Shown here in pieces: positions 36,821 to 49,300 of a DNA stretch of 64,000 nt; the first letter of the stretch is position 1; each line of letters begins with the position of its first letter. The notes under the pieces were generated by a model that worked only from the letters and a program-made list of their open reading frames with translations, had not been told where the DNA came from and ran no database searches. Source of the stretch: a virus. The translations under genes and the position numbers were made by a program. The DNA is taken from IMG/VR virus record IMGVR_UViG_3300020424_000652, one strand, 5' to 3'.

Positions 36821-39800
36821 ATGTCATCGACAAATAGACAAAATAGATTATTGTTAGCTGAAGACTGGAAGAAGGTCTATCAGTCATTCAGAAATGCGGA
36901 GTTTAAGTCCTACGACTTTGATAATCTCCGTAGGACAATGATCAACTATTTGCGTCAAAATTATCCAGAAGATTTCAATGATTACATCGAATCAAGTGAG
37001 TACCTAGCATTAATTGATCTTATTGCTTTCCTCGGTCAAAACATTTCATACAGAATTGACTTGAATGCAAGGGAAAACTTTTTAGAGTTAGCTGAACGTA
37101 GAGAGTCAATACTGCGTTTAGCTAGACTTCTTTCTTATAATCCAAAAAGAAACCAAACAGCAAATGGTTTATTAAAATTTGAATCTATTGCAACCACTGA
37201 AGATATTGTTGACAGCAACGGAACAAATTTAGCAAACCAAACAGTATTATGGAACGATCCTGCAAACACTAATTGGCGTGAACAATTTGAAAAAGTTTTA
37301 AATGCCGCTTTGCCTGTAAACAGCATTGTAGGTAAACCAATTAAGTCAGACACAGTTGAAGGTGTTCCAACTTTCCAATATAGATTTGACGCAAGTAACT
37401 CAGATGTTCCTGTTTATACATTTAGTAAAAATGTTGATGGAAAAAATATGCAGTTTCAGGTTGTGTCAACAGATGTTAACGATGGTATCATTTATGAAGA
37501 AGCACCATTGCCAGGAAACAGTTTAGGATTTTTATACAGAGATGATGGAAGAGGACCAGGAAGTTCTAACTCAGGATATTTTGTACATTTCAGACAAGGA
37601 GTGTTAGATACTGGTACTTTCCAAATTGATGCACCAAGCACAAATCAATCAGTTGGTTTAGAAGCAACTAACATCAACAACACAGACATTTGGCTTTACA
37701 AATTAAATTCAATTGGTACTGAAGATCAATTATGGACCAAGGTTGATTCAGTAGAAGGAAATAATATTGTTTATAACAGTTTGCGTAAAAGTGTAAGAAA
37801 CATTTACGGAGTTTTAAGTAAAACACAAGATAAAGTTGATTTAATTTTTAGTGATGGAACTTTTGGAAACTTACCACAAGGCTCTTTTAGAACTTATTAT
37901 AGAACATCTTTAAATGATCAATATAATATTGTTCCTTCTGATCTTGTGTCAATTAGTGTAAACATTCCTTATACAAGCAAAGCAGGAAACAGTGAAACAA
38001 TAAGTTTAACACTTGAACTAAAATACACAGTTGATAACGCAACAGTATCAGAAAGTAATGCAAGTATTAGAGAGAATGCACCAGCAACTTATTATACACA
38101 AAATAGAATGGTTACTGGAGAAGACTATCAGGTAAGTCCGTTAAGCATAAGTCAAGAAATTATAAAAGTAAAAAGTGTAAACAGAACATCATCTGGCATT
38201 TCAAGATATTATGATCTTTTAGATGCAACAGGAAAATATTCAAGCACAAACTTATACGGTGCAGATGGAGTGCTATACAAAGATAGTTTCACAGAAAAGA
38301 CCAGTTTTACTTTTGTAACTAAAACAGATATACAAGGAACCATTGCAAATACAGTTACACCATTGTTAAGTAAAAAATCAATGGTAAATTATTTCTTAAC
38401 AAACTTTCCAAAAACATTAGTTGCTGACCTTGGTGCAAAATGGTCATCAACAAGCACAAAAACAAATATGTCAACAGGAAAATTTGTTGACTCTAATTCA
38501 ACGCCTTTACAAGTAGGATCATTTACTGCAAGTGCTTTAAAATTTATTGAACCTGGCACATTAATTAAATTTACTGCTCCTACAGGTTATCATTTTATGG
38601 CAGATAATTCACACAAATTAATGATTGGTTCGGCAGATCATAAAAATGCAATAACTTACAAATGGATGAAAGTTGTTAGTGTAACCGGAGATGGTACAAC
38701 TGATAATGCAGATGGCACAGGTCCTATAATTTTAAATGACATAATAGATTCTAATGCAATACTGTCTGAACTAAAACCTAAATTTAGTAAAACTTTACTT
38801 GCAGATGTGCAATCACAGATGACTGATCAAATATTTGCTTACAAGACATTTGGATTAAGATATGACAGTTCATTAAGACAATGGAGAATGATCACTGAAA
38901 ACAATTTAGATATTTCAAGTGCATTTAGCACAGGTAAAACAGGTGACGTCACTGACCAACAACTTGATGCAAGTTGGCTGTTGTTATTTGAAACTGATGG
39001 AGAGAAGTATACAATTACAACAAGAGGACAGAGATATATCTTTGAAAGTAATGAAGAAATAAGATTCTATTACGACAGCACACAAAAAATTTATGATAAT
39101 AGAACAGGACAGATTATAAAAGATAAAATTAAAATATTAAACATCAACACGCAACCTGATTCAACTTCACCATTCAATGTAGATTATCCATGGGAAATAT
39201 CTTCGGAATATAGAGATGGAGATGGATACATTGATAGCAAGAAAGTTGAAGTTACTTTCTTTGATTCAGATGATGATGGTGTTGTAGACGATCCAGAAAC
39301 TTTTGTAACCTTAGTAAACGAAACAACAAACGCACTTTCAAAATATGTATTCTTAAAAAAATACACAACAAGTGACGGAATAGAAGATTACAAATACATG
39401 GACAATTCAACAGGTACAGTAATTATTAAACAAAATGAAAGTTTTGTTGGTGCATTAAGTCAATACACTAATGGACAAGTGTTTTATCTAGTTACAGAAG
39501 GAGTGTTTAAAGTTTATAATTCATCTTCAGCTTCAATCGATTTAACAACAGATTACAAAGCATACATTGGTAGAGATGGATTAAAGTTCCATTACATACA
39601 TTCTGCAGATGATGATAGTAGAATAGATCCAAGTTCAAGCAACATTGTGGACACATATCTGTTAACAAGAACTTATGACACAAACTTTAGACAATATTTA
39701 GATGGTAACATTGAAAATTTACCATTGCCACCAAGCAGTGATAATTTGTTTAACAATTATGGATCGTCAATTAGTAAAATTAAATCTATCAGTGATGATG

Positions 39801-40387
39801 TAATATATCATCCTGTGAAATACAAAATATTATTTGGAGCAAAAGCAGATGCTCGATTACAGGCAAGTATAAAAATTGTTAAAAACCCAGACCAAGTTGT
39901 TAATGACAATGATATAAAAGCAAGAGTTGTTACTGCAATTAATCAATATTTTGCTTTAGAAAATTGGGATTTTGGTGATACTTTTCATTTCTCAGAGATG
40001 GCTACGTATGTAATGAACAAAACAGCGCCTGATCTTGTAAATCTTGTAATTGTTCCAAATCAAGAAAGTCAAGCATTTGGAAGTTTATATGAGATTAAAT
40101 CAGAAGCAGACGAAATCTTTATAAGTGCGGCAACAGTTGATGACATAGCAATTATTGATGCCATCACAGCAAGTAAACTTAAAGCGTCAGGCAATGTAGT
40201 TACAACAACTACAAGTGCTACAACAGGCGTAACAAGTGGTGCAACTTATACAACTGGATCAGTTTCAAGTTCATACAGCAATTCAAGTTCTACAAGTACT
40301 TCAAGTTCAAGTTCTAGTTCATCTAGTTCAAGTTCTTCAAGCTCTTCTAGTTCTTCAGGTGGCGGATCCTCTGGGAGTGGATACTAA
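36821..40387 (+). CDS. gp6: Baseplate wedge subunit (gp6-like, 1188 aa)
   Basis: YDFDNLR, FNDYIESSE, RENFLELAERRESILRLARLLSYNPKR, FSDGTFG, TQNRMVTGEDY. Confidence 0.9.
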   Translation: MSSTNRQNRLLLAEDWKKVYQSFRNAEFKSYDFDNLRRTMINYLRQNYPEDFNDYIESSEYLALIDLIAFLGQNISYRIDLNARENFLELAERRESILRLARLLSYNPKRNQTANGLLKFESIATTEDIVDSNGTNLANQTVLWNDPANTNWREQFEKVLNAALPVNSIVGKPIKSDTVEGVPTFQYRFDASNSDVPVYTFSKNVDGKNMQFQVVSTDVNDGIIYEEAPLPGNSLGFLYRDDGRGPGSSNSGYFVHFRQGVLDTGTFQIDAPSTNQSVGLEATNINNTDIWLYKLNSIGTEDQLWTKVDSVEGNNIVYNSLRKSVRNIYGVLSKTQDKVDLIFSDGTFGNLPQGSFRTYYRTSLNDQYNIVPSDLVSISVNIPYTSKAGNSETISLTLELKYTVDNATVSESNASIRENAPATYYTQNRMVTGEDYQVSPLSISQEIIKVKSVNRTSSGISRYYDLLDATGKYSSTNLYGADGVLYKDSFTEKTSFTFVTKTDIQGTIANTVTPLLSKKSMVNYFLTNFPKTLVADLGAKWSSTSTKTNMSTGKFVDSNSTPLQVGSFTASALKFIEPGTLIKFTAPTGYHFMADNSHKLMIGSADHKNAITYKWMKVVSVTGDGTTDNADGTGPIILNDIIDSNAILSELKPKFSKTLLADVQSQMTDQIFAYKTFGLRYDSSLRQWRMITENNLDISSAFSTGKTGDVTDQQLDASWLLLFETDGEKYTITTRGQRYIFESNEEIRFYYDSTQKIYDNRTGQIIKDKIKILNINTQPDSTSPFNVDYPWEISSEYRDGDGYIDSKKVEVTFFDSDDDGVVDDPETFVTLVNETTNALSKYVFLKKYTTSDGIEDYKYMDNSTGTVIIKQNESFVGALSQYTNGQVFYLVTEGVFKVYNSSSASIDLTTDYKAYIGRDGLKFHYIHSADDDSRIDPSSSNIVDTYLLTRTYDTNFRQYLDGNIENLPLPPSSDNLFNNYGSSISKIKSISDDVIYHPVKYKILFGAKADARLQASIKIVKNPDQVVNDNDIKARVVTAINQYFALENWDFGDTFHFSEMATYVMNKTAPDLVNLVIVPNQESQAFGSLYEIKSEADEIFISAATVDDIAIIDAITASKLKASGNVVTTTTSATTGVTSGATYTTGSVSSSYSNSSSTSTSSSSSSSSSSSSSSSSSSSGGGSSGSGY
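40261..40380 (+). repeat. Low-complexity TCA/AGT/TCT repeat encoding a poly-Ser tail of gp6
   Basis: Protein ends SSSYSNSSSTSTSSSSSSSSSSSSSSSSSSGGGSSGSGY. Confidence 0.85.
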
Positions 40388-43300
40388 TGGCCTATAATGC
40401 AAACCAAGAAGAATATCCATTACCGGCAGGAGATCAAAGTAAAGCCCAGCACCGCAGAACAAGTGCGGAACATCTTCCTAAATATTTTAGAACTGCACAC
40501 AATAAAAAGTTTTTAAGTGCTACACTTGATCAATTACTAAATCCAGGTGTCGCTGAAAAAATTAGTGCATACTATGGCAGAAGAATAGCAACTGCTCGTA
40601 AGGCGGCAGACACTTATGTATCTGACGTTAGCACTGAAAGAGAAGAATATCAGTTTGAACCAGCAACTGTAATCAAAGATAATTTAAACAATGTAACTTT
40701 TTACAAAGATTACAATGATCTTAAAAATCAAATCAAAGCATTCAACGGAACAGTAGACGATGACAGCAAAGCATTTAGACAAGAATACTATGCTTGGAAT
40801 CCGCACATTGATTGGGATAAATTTACAAACTTTAGAGATTACTATTGGCTACCAAACGGACCATTGTCAATACCTGTAACAGGACAAGCTAAAGGAATTA
40901 CAAGTACCTACAAAGTAACCAGCATTGACAACTTAGATAACAAGGCATACGTTTTTACTCCAGATGGAAAAACAAACAATCCTACCTTAAAACTTTATAG
41001 AGGTCAAACATATAAGTTTGAAGTTAATACTCCTGGAATGCCTTTAAGTTTCAGAACTGCAAGAACTTTAGACAATGACTATCTATACAGCTCAGGCATA
41101 AGTGATAGCACTCATTCTACTGATGTTGGCACAATAGAATTTACAGTAGACTTACTTGCACCAGACACTTTATATTATGTAAACAGTAATGATATTAATG
41201 CAAGTGGGCTTATTCAAGTATATGATGTTTTAGAAAACTCTGCTATAGATGTTGAAGCAGAAATACTGGGCAAGAAAACTTACAAGATGACCAATGGCTA
41301 TGAAATGTCAAATGGTATGAAAGTTAATTTTGAAGGCACAGTAACACCTGCCAAATATGCTACGGGCAGTTGGTATGTAGAAGGTGTAGGAGATGAAATT
41401 AAACTTATTGCTGAACAAGATGTAATGATACCTGGTACATATTCAACAAGCAGAGCCAATCCTTTTGACTCTGAAGGATTTGACAGAAGTCCTTTTAGTA
41501 CTGCCAGTGCTTATGCAGATGCACATGATTACATTGTACAAAATAGATCAGCGACAAGTAGAAGTCCATGGTCAAGATATAATAAATGGTTTCATAAAAG
41601 TGTGCTTGAAAATATTGCAACAATACTTGACGAACCAGCAGACATAAATCAAACAGGTAGAGCGGCAAGGCCTATTATAGAATTTGATGCTCAATTAAAA
41701 TTGTATGGCTTTGGTACACAGGCAAAAGATGATGTTGATCTATTAGACACATTTACAGCCGACGTGTTTAGTACAATAGAAGGTGCAATAGGTTACAATA
41801 TTGATGGAGTAGACGTAGGTGACAATATGAGAATATTGTTCACAGCTGATCCAGATACAAGAGTAGCAGGTAAAATTTTTAAAGTAAAATTTATTACACA
41901 TAACAACGTTAGACAGATAAGCCTTATTGAAGAAACAGATTCATCTCCATTAGAAAATGAGTGTGTGCTTGTACAACAAGGAGAAACTTACAAGGGCAAG
42001 ATGTGGTATTACAATGGTACCAAATGGTTAGCTGGACAAGAAAAAACATCAGTAAACCAAAGTCCAACCTTTGACTTGTACGATGTTAATGGAAATGATT
42101 TTAAAGATGCAACAACTTACCCAAGTTCTACTTTTACAGGAACAAAACTTTTCAGTTACAAACGTGGAACAGGAGCCAATGATAGTGTTTTAGGTTTTCC
42201 TTTAACATACAGAGCATTAGTAAACACAGGAGATATTGTATTTGATTTCAATCTACTTACTGATACTTTTACATATCAACAGATGAACGCAACGTTTTCT
42301 GGAAAAACAGATGTAGGTTTATTAAGAAGATATACAGATAGAACAACATTTACATACGCATCTGGTTGGACAAAAGGATATGAAGAAAGCAAACAGTTGG
42401 TGCGTAGACAATATATTGTAAACACACAGCTAAATGACTTTGCTATTGATGTTTACAATAGAAGTGGTGACATTAACGATTTATGGGCAAGAGTTTATGT
42501 AAACAATAAAGCAAAATCAAGCGGAGTTGATTACACAATAAACAGATTAAATGGAATTGCTTATATAAGATTTGTAAATGATTTAGCTGTTGATGATATA
42601 TTAGTTATTAAAACAAAAAGTGCAACAGTTAAAAATTCAAATGGTGTTTATGAAATTGCAGGAAACTTAGAACGTAATCCTTTGAATGATAACATTGGAA
42701 GTTTTACTTTAGGAGAAGTAAATGATCATGTGTCTAGTATTGTTGAAATGCGTGATGACTTTTCTGGCGTGTTTCCAGGCACTGGAAATTTAAGAGACCT
42801 TGGAAACTTATCTGCATATGGAACAAGATTTATTCAATCAAGTGGACCTTTTAATTTAGCAAATTATCATGTAACAAGCAAAGATGCAAACATTGTTCAT
42901 TCATTAAGATTTGCAAGAAAAGAATATGGCAAATTTAGAAAGTTATTTTTACAAACAGCAACTGGTTTAGGATTTGATGGAGCAACAAAAATACACTTTG
43001 ACAAAGTGATGGAAGAATTAAACAAAAGTAAAACCAACGATATGCCGTTTTACTTTAGTGACATGATTGGTTATGGAACGTTTAAGAAATCTACACACGT
43101 TGTTGAAAATACATCTACTCAGTATTATGCTTTGGCAACAAATTTTGATCTTACAGCTTTATCAAATAGAGCTGTCAGCATTTACATCAACGGAGTTCAG
43201 TTGATACATGGCACTGATTACAAATTTGAATCCGCCTATGCAGGCTTTGTAACAATTACAAAAACAAAAGCTATAAATGATGTAATTGAAATATTTGAAT

Positions 43301-46300
43301 ATGAAAATACTGACGGAAGTTACATTCCGCAAACTCCTACAAAGCTAGGTTTGTATCCTAAATTTAAGCCAGAAATTTTTGTAGACAACACTTACCAAAC
43401 TCCTACAAAAGTTATTCAAGGACATGATGGAAGTATATTTGTTGCTTACAATGATTTTAGAGACGACTTATTACTTGAATTAGAAAAAAGAATTTACAAT
43501 AATATAAAGGTAGAATATGATGTTGACATTGTAAACATACATGACTTCATTGGCGGAGAATCAAGAGATACAGGATTCAGTAGAGCGGCCAGAGACAAAG
43601 CATTACTACCTGACTTTGTTGAATGGAACAGAGCAGTAGGTGATCCAGATTACACAGACTTTTCTTTCTGGTCAAGAACTAATAGTTTTACATACAATTA
43701 TAAAAATACTAGTTCACCAACGCAAAAAACAAATCCAGGTTATTGGAGAGCAGTTTACAAAGAAGCATATGATACTGATCGTCCGCATACGCATCCATGG
43801 GAAATATTAGGATATAGCGAAGAGCCAACTTGGTGGCAAACTGTTTATGGTGCGGCTCCTTATACAAGTGAAAATAAAATACTTTGGCAAGACATAGAAA
43901 AAGGTGCTTACAGAATACCTAATGTGCCAATGGTTTACAACGAAAAATATGCACGACCAAACATAACAAAGCATATACCAGTTGATGATGGCGGTAACCT
44001 ATTAAGTCCATTAGACAGTAACTATGCAAAAAATTATATAAGCAATAGAACGCAAGAACCTTTTGTGTTTGGTGATCAAGCACCAACTGAAAATGCTTGG
44101 CGTAGAAGTTCTGAATATCCTTTTAGTTTAGTAACTGCATGGATATTAAACCAACCTACAAAAATTATTGGTTTAGGATTAGACAGATCAAGACTTAAAA
44201 GGAATCTTGCTAAAGAAATAATTTATACAGAAACTAGTAAAAGATTAAGATTAAAAGATATTGTGTTTCCTAACACAGTATCTGATACTGAACGTGTACA
44301 AACAGCAGGTTTGATAAACTATGTCGCAGAGTACATGAATAGTAAAACTGTAAAATACTATAACAACTATCAAACTGATTTGAAGAGTATTACTAATCAA
44401 TTAGGATTAAAGATAGGCGGGTTTACTGATAAAGCTAAATTCAAACTTATACTTGATAGCAGAACTCCATACAATGAAGGCAATGTTTTTGTACCAGATG
44501 AAAACTATCAAATATTTTTAAACAAGAGTAGTGTAGTTGACCTTGTGCCTTACAGTGGTGTTATAATTGAGAAAGTAGCAAGTGGCTTTATTATTAAAGG
44601 TTATGATTATGACAATCCTTACTTTAAATATATCACACCAATTGAACTTGCAGATGATCCGTTGGTAAGTGTTGGCGGAGTTAGCGAAGACTTTGTTAGC
44701 TGGACATCAGGACAAGTTTATTCACCAGGATTTATTGTAAAATTTGCAGACGAGTTTTACATGACAGAAACTTTGCATACTGCTGGTGATAGTTTTGAAC
44801 AAGCAAACTTTGTAAGATTATCAGAACTTCCTGTAAAAGGAGGCAGACAAGCATTTTTCAGACGTCAATGGAACGAAGGAATAAATCAACAACCAACTGA
44901 ATTAGCTTATGGTACACAAATTAGAACTATACAGGGAGTTGTCGACTTCTTGTTAGGATATGAAAGATATTTAAAATCACAAGGTTTTATATTTGAAAAT
45001 TACAATAAAGAAATAAACGAAGTTGAAGATTGGTCTTTAAGTGCAAAAGAATTCATGTTTTGGACTACACAAAACTGGCAAGCCAATAGTGTAATTACAT
45101 TAAGCCCGGGAGCAATTAATTTACAATTTTATAGAAAGTATCATGTTGCAGATAATTTGTTTGATAATTTTTATGGATACAACTTATTCAAAGCAGACGG
45201 TAAAAAATTATTACAAGCAAACGTAAATGTTTATAGAGATAATGATAACAATTTAGGTATATCAACTAAGAATACAACAGATGGAGTCTTTGCTGTTAAA
45301 GTTCCTTTGGTACAAATTGAACACGTTTGTTTACTTGACAACAGAACTGTGTTCAGTGATTTCATCTATGATTTAGAACCTGGTTATAGACAAGAACGTA
45401 TTAAGGTACTGGGTTACAGAACAGATGACTGGACAGGTGGTTTAAATATTCCAGGATTTGTATATGATGACGTAAACATTTCAGAATGGGATTCATGGAA
45501 AGATTATGCTATAGGCGATACAGTAAAATATAAAGAGTTTTATTACGTTGCAAAACAAAAGATTCCAGGCAAAGAAGTTTTTGTTGATACTGATTGGCAA
45601 AGACTAAACGGAGCACCACAGTCTGGGTTACAAGCAAACTTAGATTACAAAGCAAAACAATTTGCAGACTTTTACGATCTTGACACGGATAATTTTGATA
45701 CAGATCAACAAAGGGTAGCACAGCATCTTATTGGATATCAAAAAAGAAAATATTTAGAAAACATTATCAATGATGATGTAAGTCAATACAAATTTTATCA
45801 AGGCTTTATACAAGATAAAGGAACACTCAATAGTTTAACTAAATTGTTTGATGCTTTATCTAACACAGATAATGATAGTGTTAATTTTTATGAAGAATGG
45901 GCAGTAAGATTAGGACAGTTAGGTTCATCGCAATCTTTTGAAGAAGTTGAGTATAAGCTAGATGAAAGTAAATTTAGATTAAGTCCACAGCCGGTCGAAT
46001 TAGTACAAACAGTTACAGGTGACGAAACTGATTTAATTTATAGACAAAGACCATTTGAAACTTATTTAAAACCAGATGGTTACGATCATAGTCCTTTTCC
46101 AACAAAGTATAAAGATGACGATTACATAGAGACTGCTGGTTATGTCAATAGTGCAGATGTCAAACAAACAGTTGCAAAATATGACGATATTCTAAATTTA
46201 ACTCTTACAACTTTAAATGTAGGAGATTACATTTGGACAGGAACAAGTAAAACAGATGACTGGGACGTTCTGAAATACGTAAGAACAAATGACAAGGTTG

Positions 46301-49300
46301 TAAAAGTTACTAAAAATGGAACCACAAATGAAGTTGAAATACAACTTAATAACCAAGCAAATTATGTCAAAGATGATATCATTGGTATTGTTGATGTTGC
46401 AGATACTGAAAAGTTTTTCAAAGTATTAAGATCTGAATTAGATACTGTATTCTGTACAGACAATGGTGAAACTTCAGATGTAGAAACTGCAAACGGCTTT
46501 GTAACAACATTTACATCTGCAAGAGTTGCCAACCTAGAAGAAGCAAACACAAGATTGTTTGCTGGTGAATTCCAAGTTGGTGAATTACTTTGGGTAGACA
46601 ATGATAGCACCAACCGTTGGATTGTTTTAAAGAATACACCGCAACACAGCGAGTTACAAGTTATTAGTAACGTTGAAACTGGAGACTCAAGTACAAACTT
46701 TGGAAAAGTAATTGGTGCTGATGATAGAAATACAACTCTTGTTGTTGGTGCAAGTGAATCAAACAAGGTTTACATATTCCAAAGAACAAACGATAACACA
46801 ACTTATAATCATGCACAGACGCTTGATGCTCCTGCAAATTTATACACAGGTGATGGTAAGTTTGGTACAGGGTTAGATATAAGTTCAGATGCTAAATGGA
46901 TTGTAATTGGAGCACCAAATGCCAGCAACGCAAAAACAAAATTCAAAGGCACATTTGCAAGTAATGTAAGCTACACAGAAAAAGATATTATACAATATCA
47001 AGAAAACTTTTGGGAGGCACAATTTCCTATTTCTGCGGCACAGGGAACACTTACTTTTGATAGCTTCTATGATCCTACACAGTTAGCAAAATCAACATGG
47101 ACAGGCACAGCTTATCCAGAGATAGTTTATGCAATAAGAGGAAATTATAATTTTAATTTGCCAACGGATCATATTTTAGTTAGGGCACCTACTGTTCAAT
47201 ACGAAGGATCAGCAGTAGGAGATACATTAGTATTCAATTGGAAACAATATTCTCAAAACTATCCAAATGGCATTTTACCTTTTGGATCATCAGGACCTGC
47301 AATCAGTGAACTTGAAGGAAACAAAATTATACAAGCAAAAGTTGATGCTGTATTATATTTTGATAATCTTTTAAGAACGCCACAGGTAGGAGATCTAATT
47401 AGCACAGGATCAGCGATAGGAACTGTAAATGCAATCAGTGTACAGAACGTAAACCAAGCAGTGATTTACATCAGTAACATGAACGGACAGTTTTTAGCAA
47501 GTGATTCAGCAACACTTGGTGGCGTAGCAATGGGTACATACACATTGGTAGAACCTGTAAATTCACAAGCGTCATTTGGTGGTTGGTGGAAAATAGATGT
47601 TGCAACTTCTTTCAACACAACAGTTAAAACAATTACTACACCACAGTTTGTAATACAGGATATCATCACCCAAAATGAAAGCAAGTCTGCAGAAATTTAT
47701 TACAACACAATGGATGATGTTTATGCTTTAAACCAAGTTACTGATCCAACCAAAGGCGGAAGGTTAGGACATTTAAGTTTCTACAATAAACAAGGACAGT
47801 CAGACATGAGTCCATTCTGGTTCTTTAGAGGACCTAAGGCTTGGACGGATACTTTAAATGTAGCCAATACGTTTACAATGAGAGTAAATGAAATAAGAGG
47901 CGGAGCAGGATTAACTTTATATGATCCAGGTGTGCTTGGATTATCTTTCACTTATCTCAATGACACTTTACATACTGTTTATGATTTATGGGACGGATTT
48001 GTTGATGTAACATTTACAAATTTTGACAACAATGGTAATCCTTTTATTCCACAGGTGGGTGATATAATTGTTGACCAACAGTCAGGAGCAACTGCCACAG
48101 TGGCTTATCTACAGGAACAGTTATTAGATTGTAGATTGTATGTCAAAAATAGAAGTGGGTCATTTAAGTTTGGTAATTTACACAGTGATACAAGCACCAT
48201 TGCAATCAAAGATGGCGTAAGTGCGGGAGTTGATAGACTTTCAGGTAGACTTGACAATGCAAATATGTCTGGAAGTATTGCAGGTAAACTTGTTGTTGTT
48301 AAAAACACAGATAGTACAATGTTGCCTGTTACTGTACCAACATTTAGAGATGAATTAGAAATTTATGTTTACAACAATAGAACAGTAAATGGTGTTGCAA
48401 GAACGCCTAACACTCCTAATCCTTTAAACAAAGACTGGGCTCAAGTGTCTGCTTTAAAATTAGATACGACTGGAACTCCTAGTAGCTTTACAAATGAAGG
48501 AGCATATTTTGTTTACGAAAGAATGGGAACAGGACTTTACAGTTTCCAACATGGTTACACAAATCCTCAAAGAGAGTCAAGCAGATTCTTAGGAACTATT
48601 GTCAAGTTAACAAAATCTACACAAAGCGAATTGTATAGATTATTTGTTTCTGCTCCAGGTAACAATACAACAAGTAACAGTGGTAGAATACATCTAGTCA
48701 CACATGGTAGAGATACTGACGGTACAACTTATGAATGGGCTAGAAGTAAAAACTATTACTTCAAGGGTGAATTCAGTGATTCTATTCCTTACTACACAAA
48801 CGATATTGTGTTGTATAATGGAGCATTTTATGAAGCAAAAACAAACTTAACCGCAGGTGCTTGGGACGTAACATACTGGACATTAATTGATGCGTTCATT
48901 GACTACATAGGCTATCTACCAAATGATACTAATCTAGCAGTTACTGATGATAGCACGTTTGAAAAAACAAACTTAACAAATTATGCACACCCATTTGCAG
49001 TTGCAAAATTTGGTGACGTGATTGCAACTGTGGCTGACTTTGACAACAGCGATCCTAAAATTATAATTTATAGATTTATTAGAGGACATTATGGATTCTC
49101 ACAAATGATACCAGCACCAGTCAATGGCATAGGGTTTGGATCAAGTATTGCTGTAAGCGATGACGGTTCAATGGTTGCCGTTGGTGCACCTTTGGCAGAT
49201 GATAGAGCAAATGACAATGGTAAGGTATTTGTATACACAAACAATCTTGGAACGTTTAGTTTAACACAAACATTGTATAGTCCAGAAAAAGATGTTGCTG

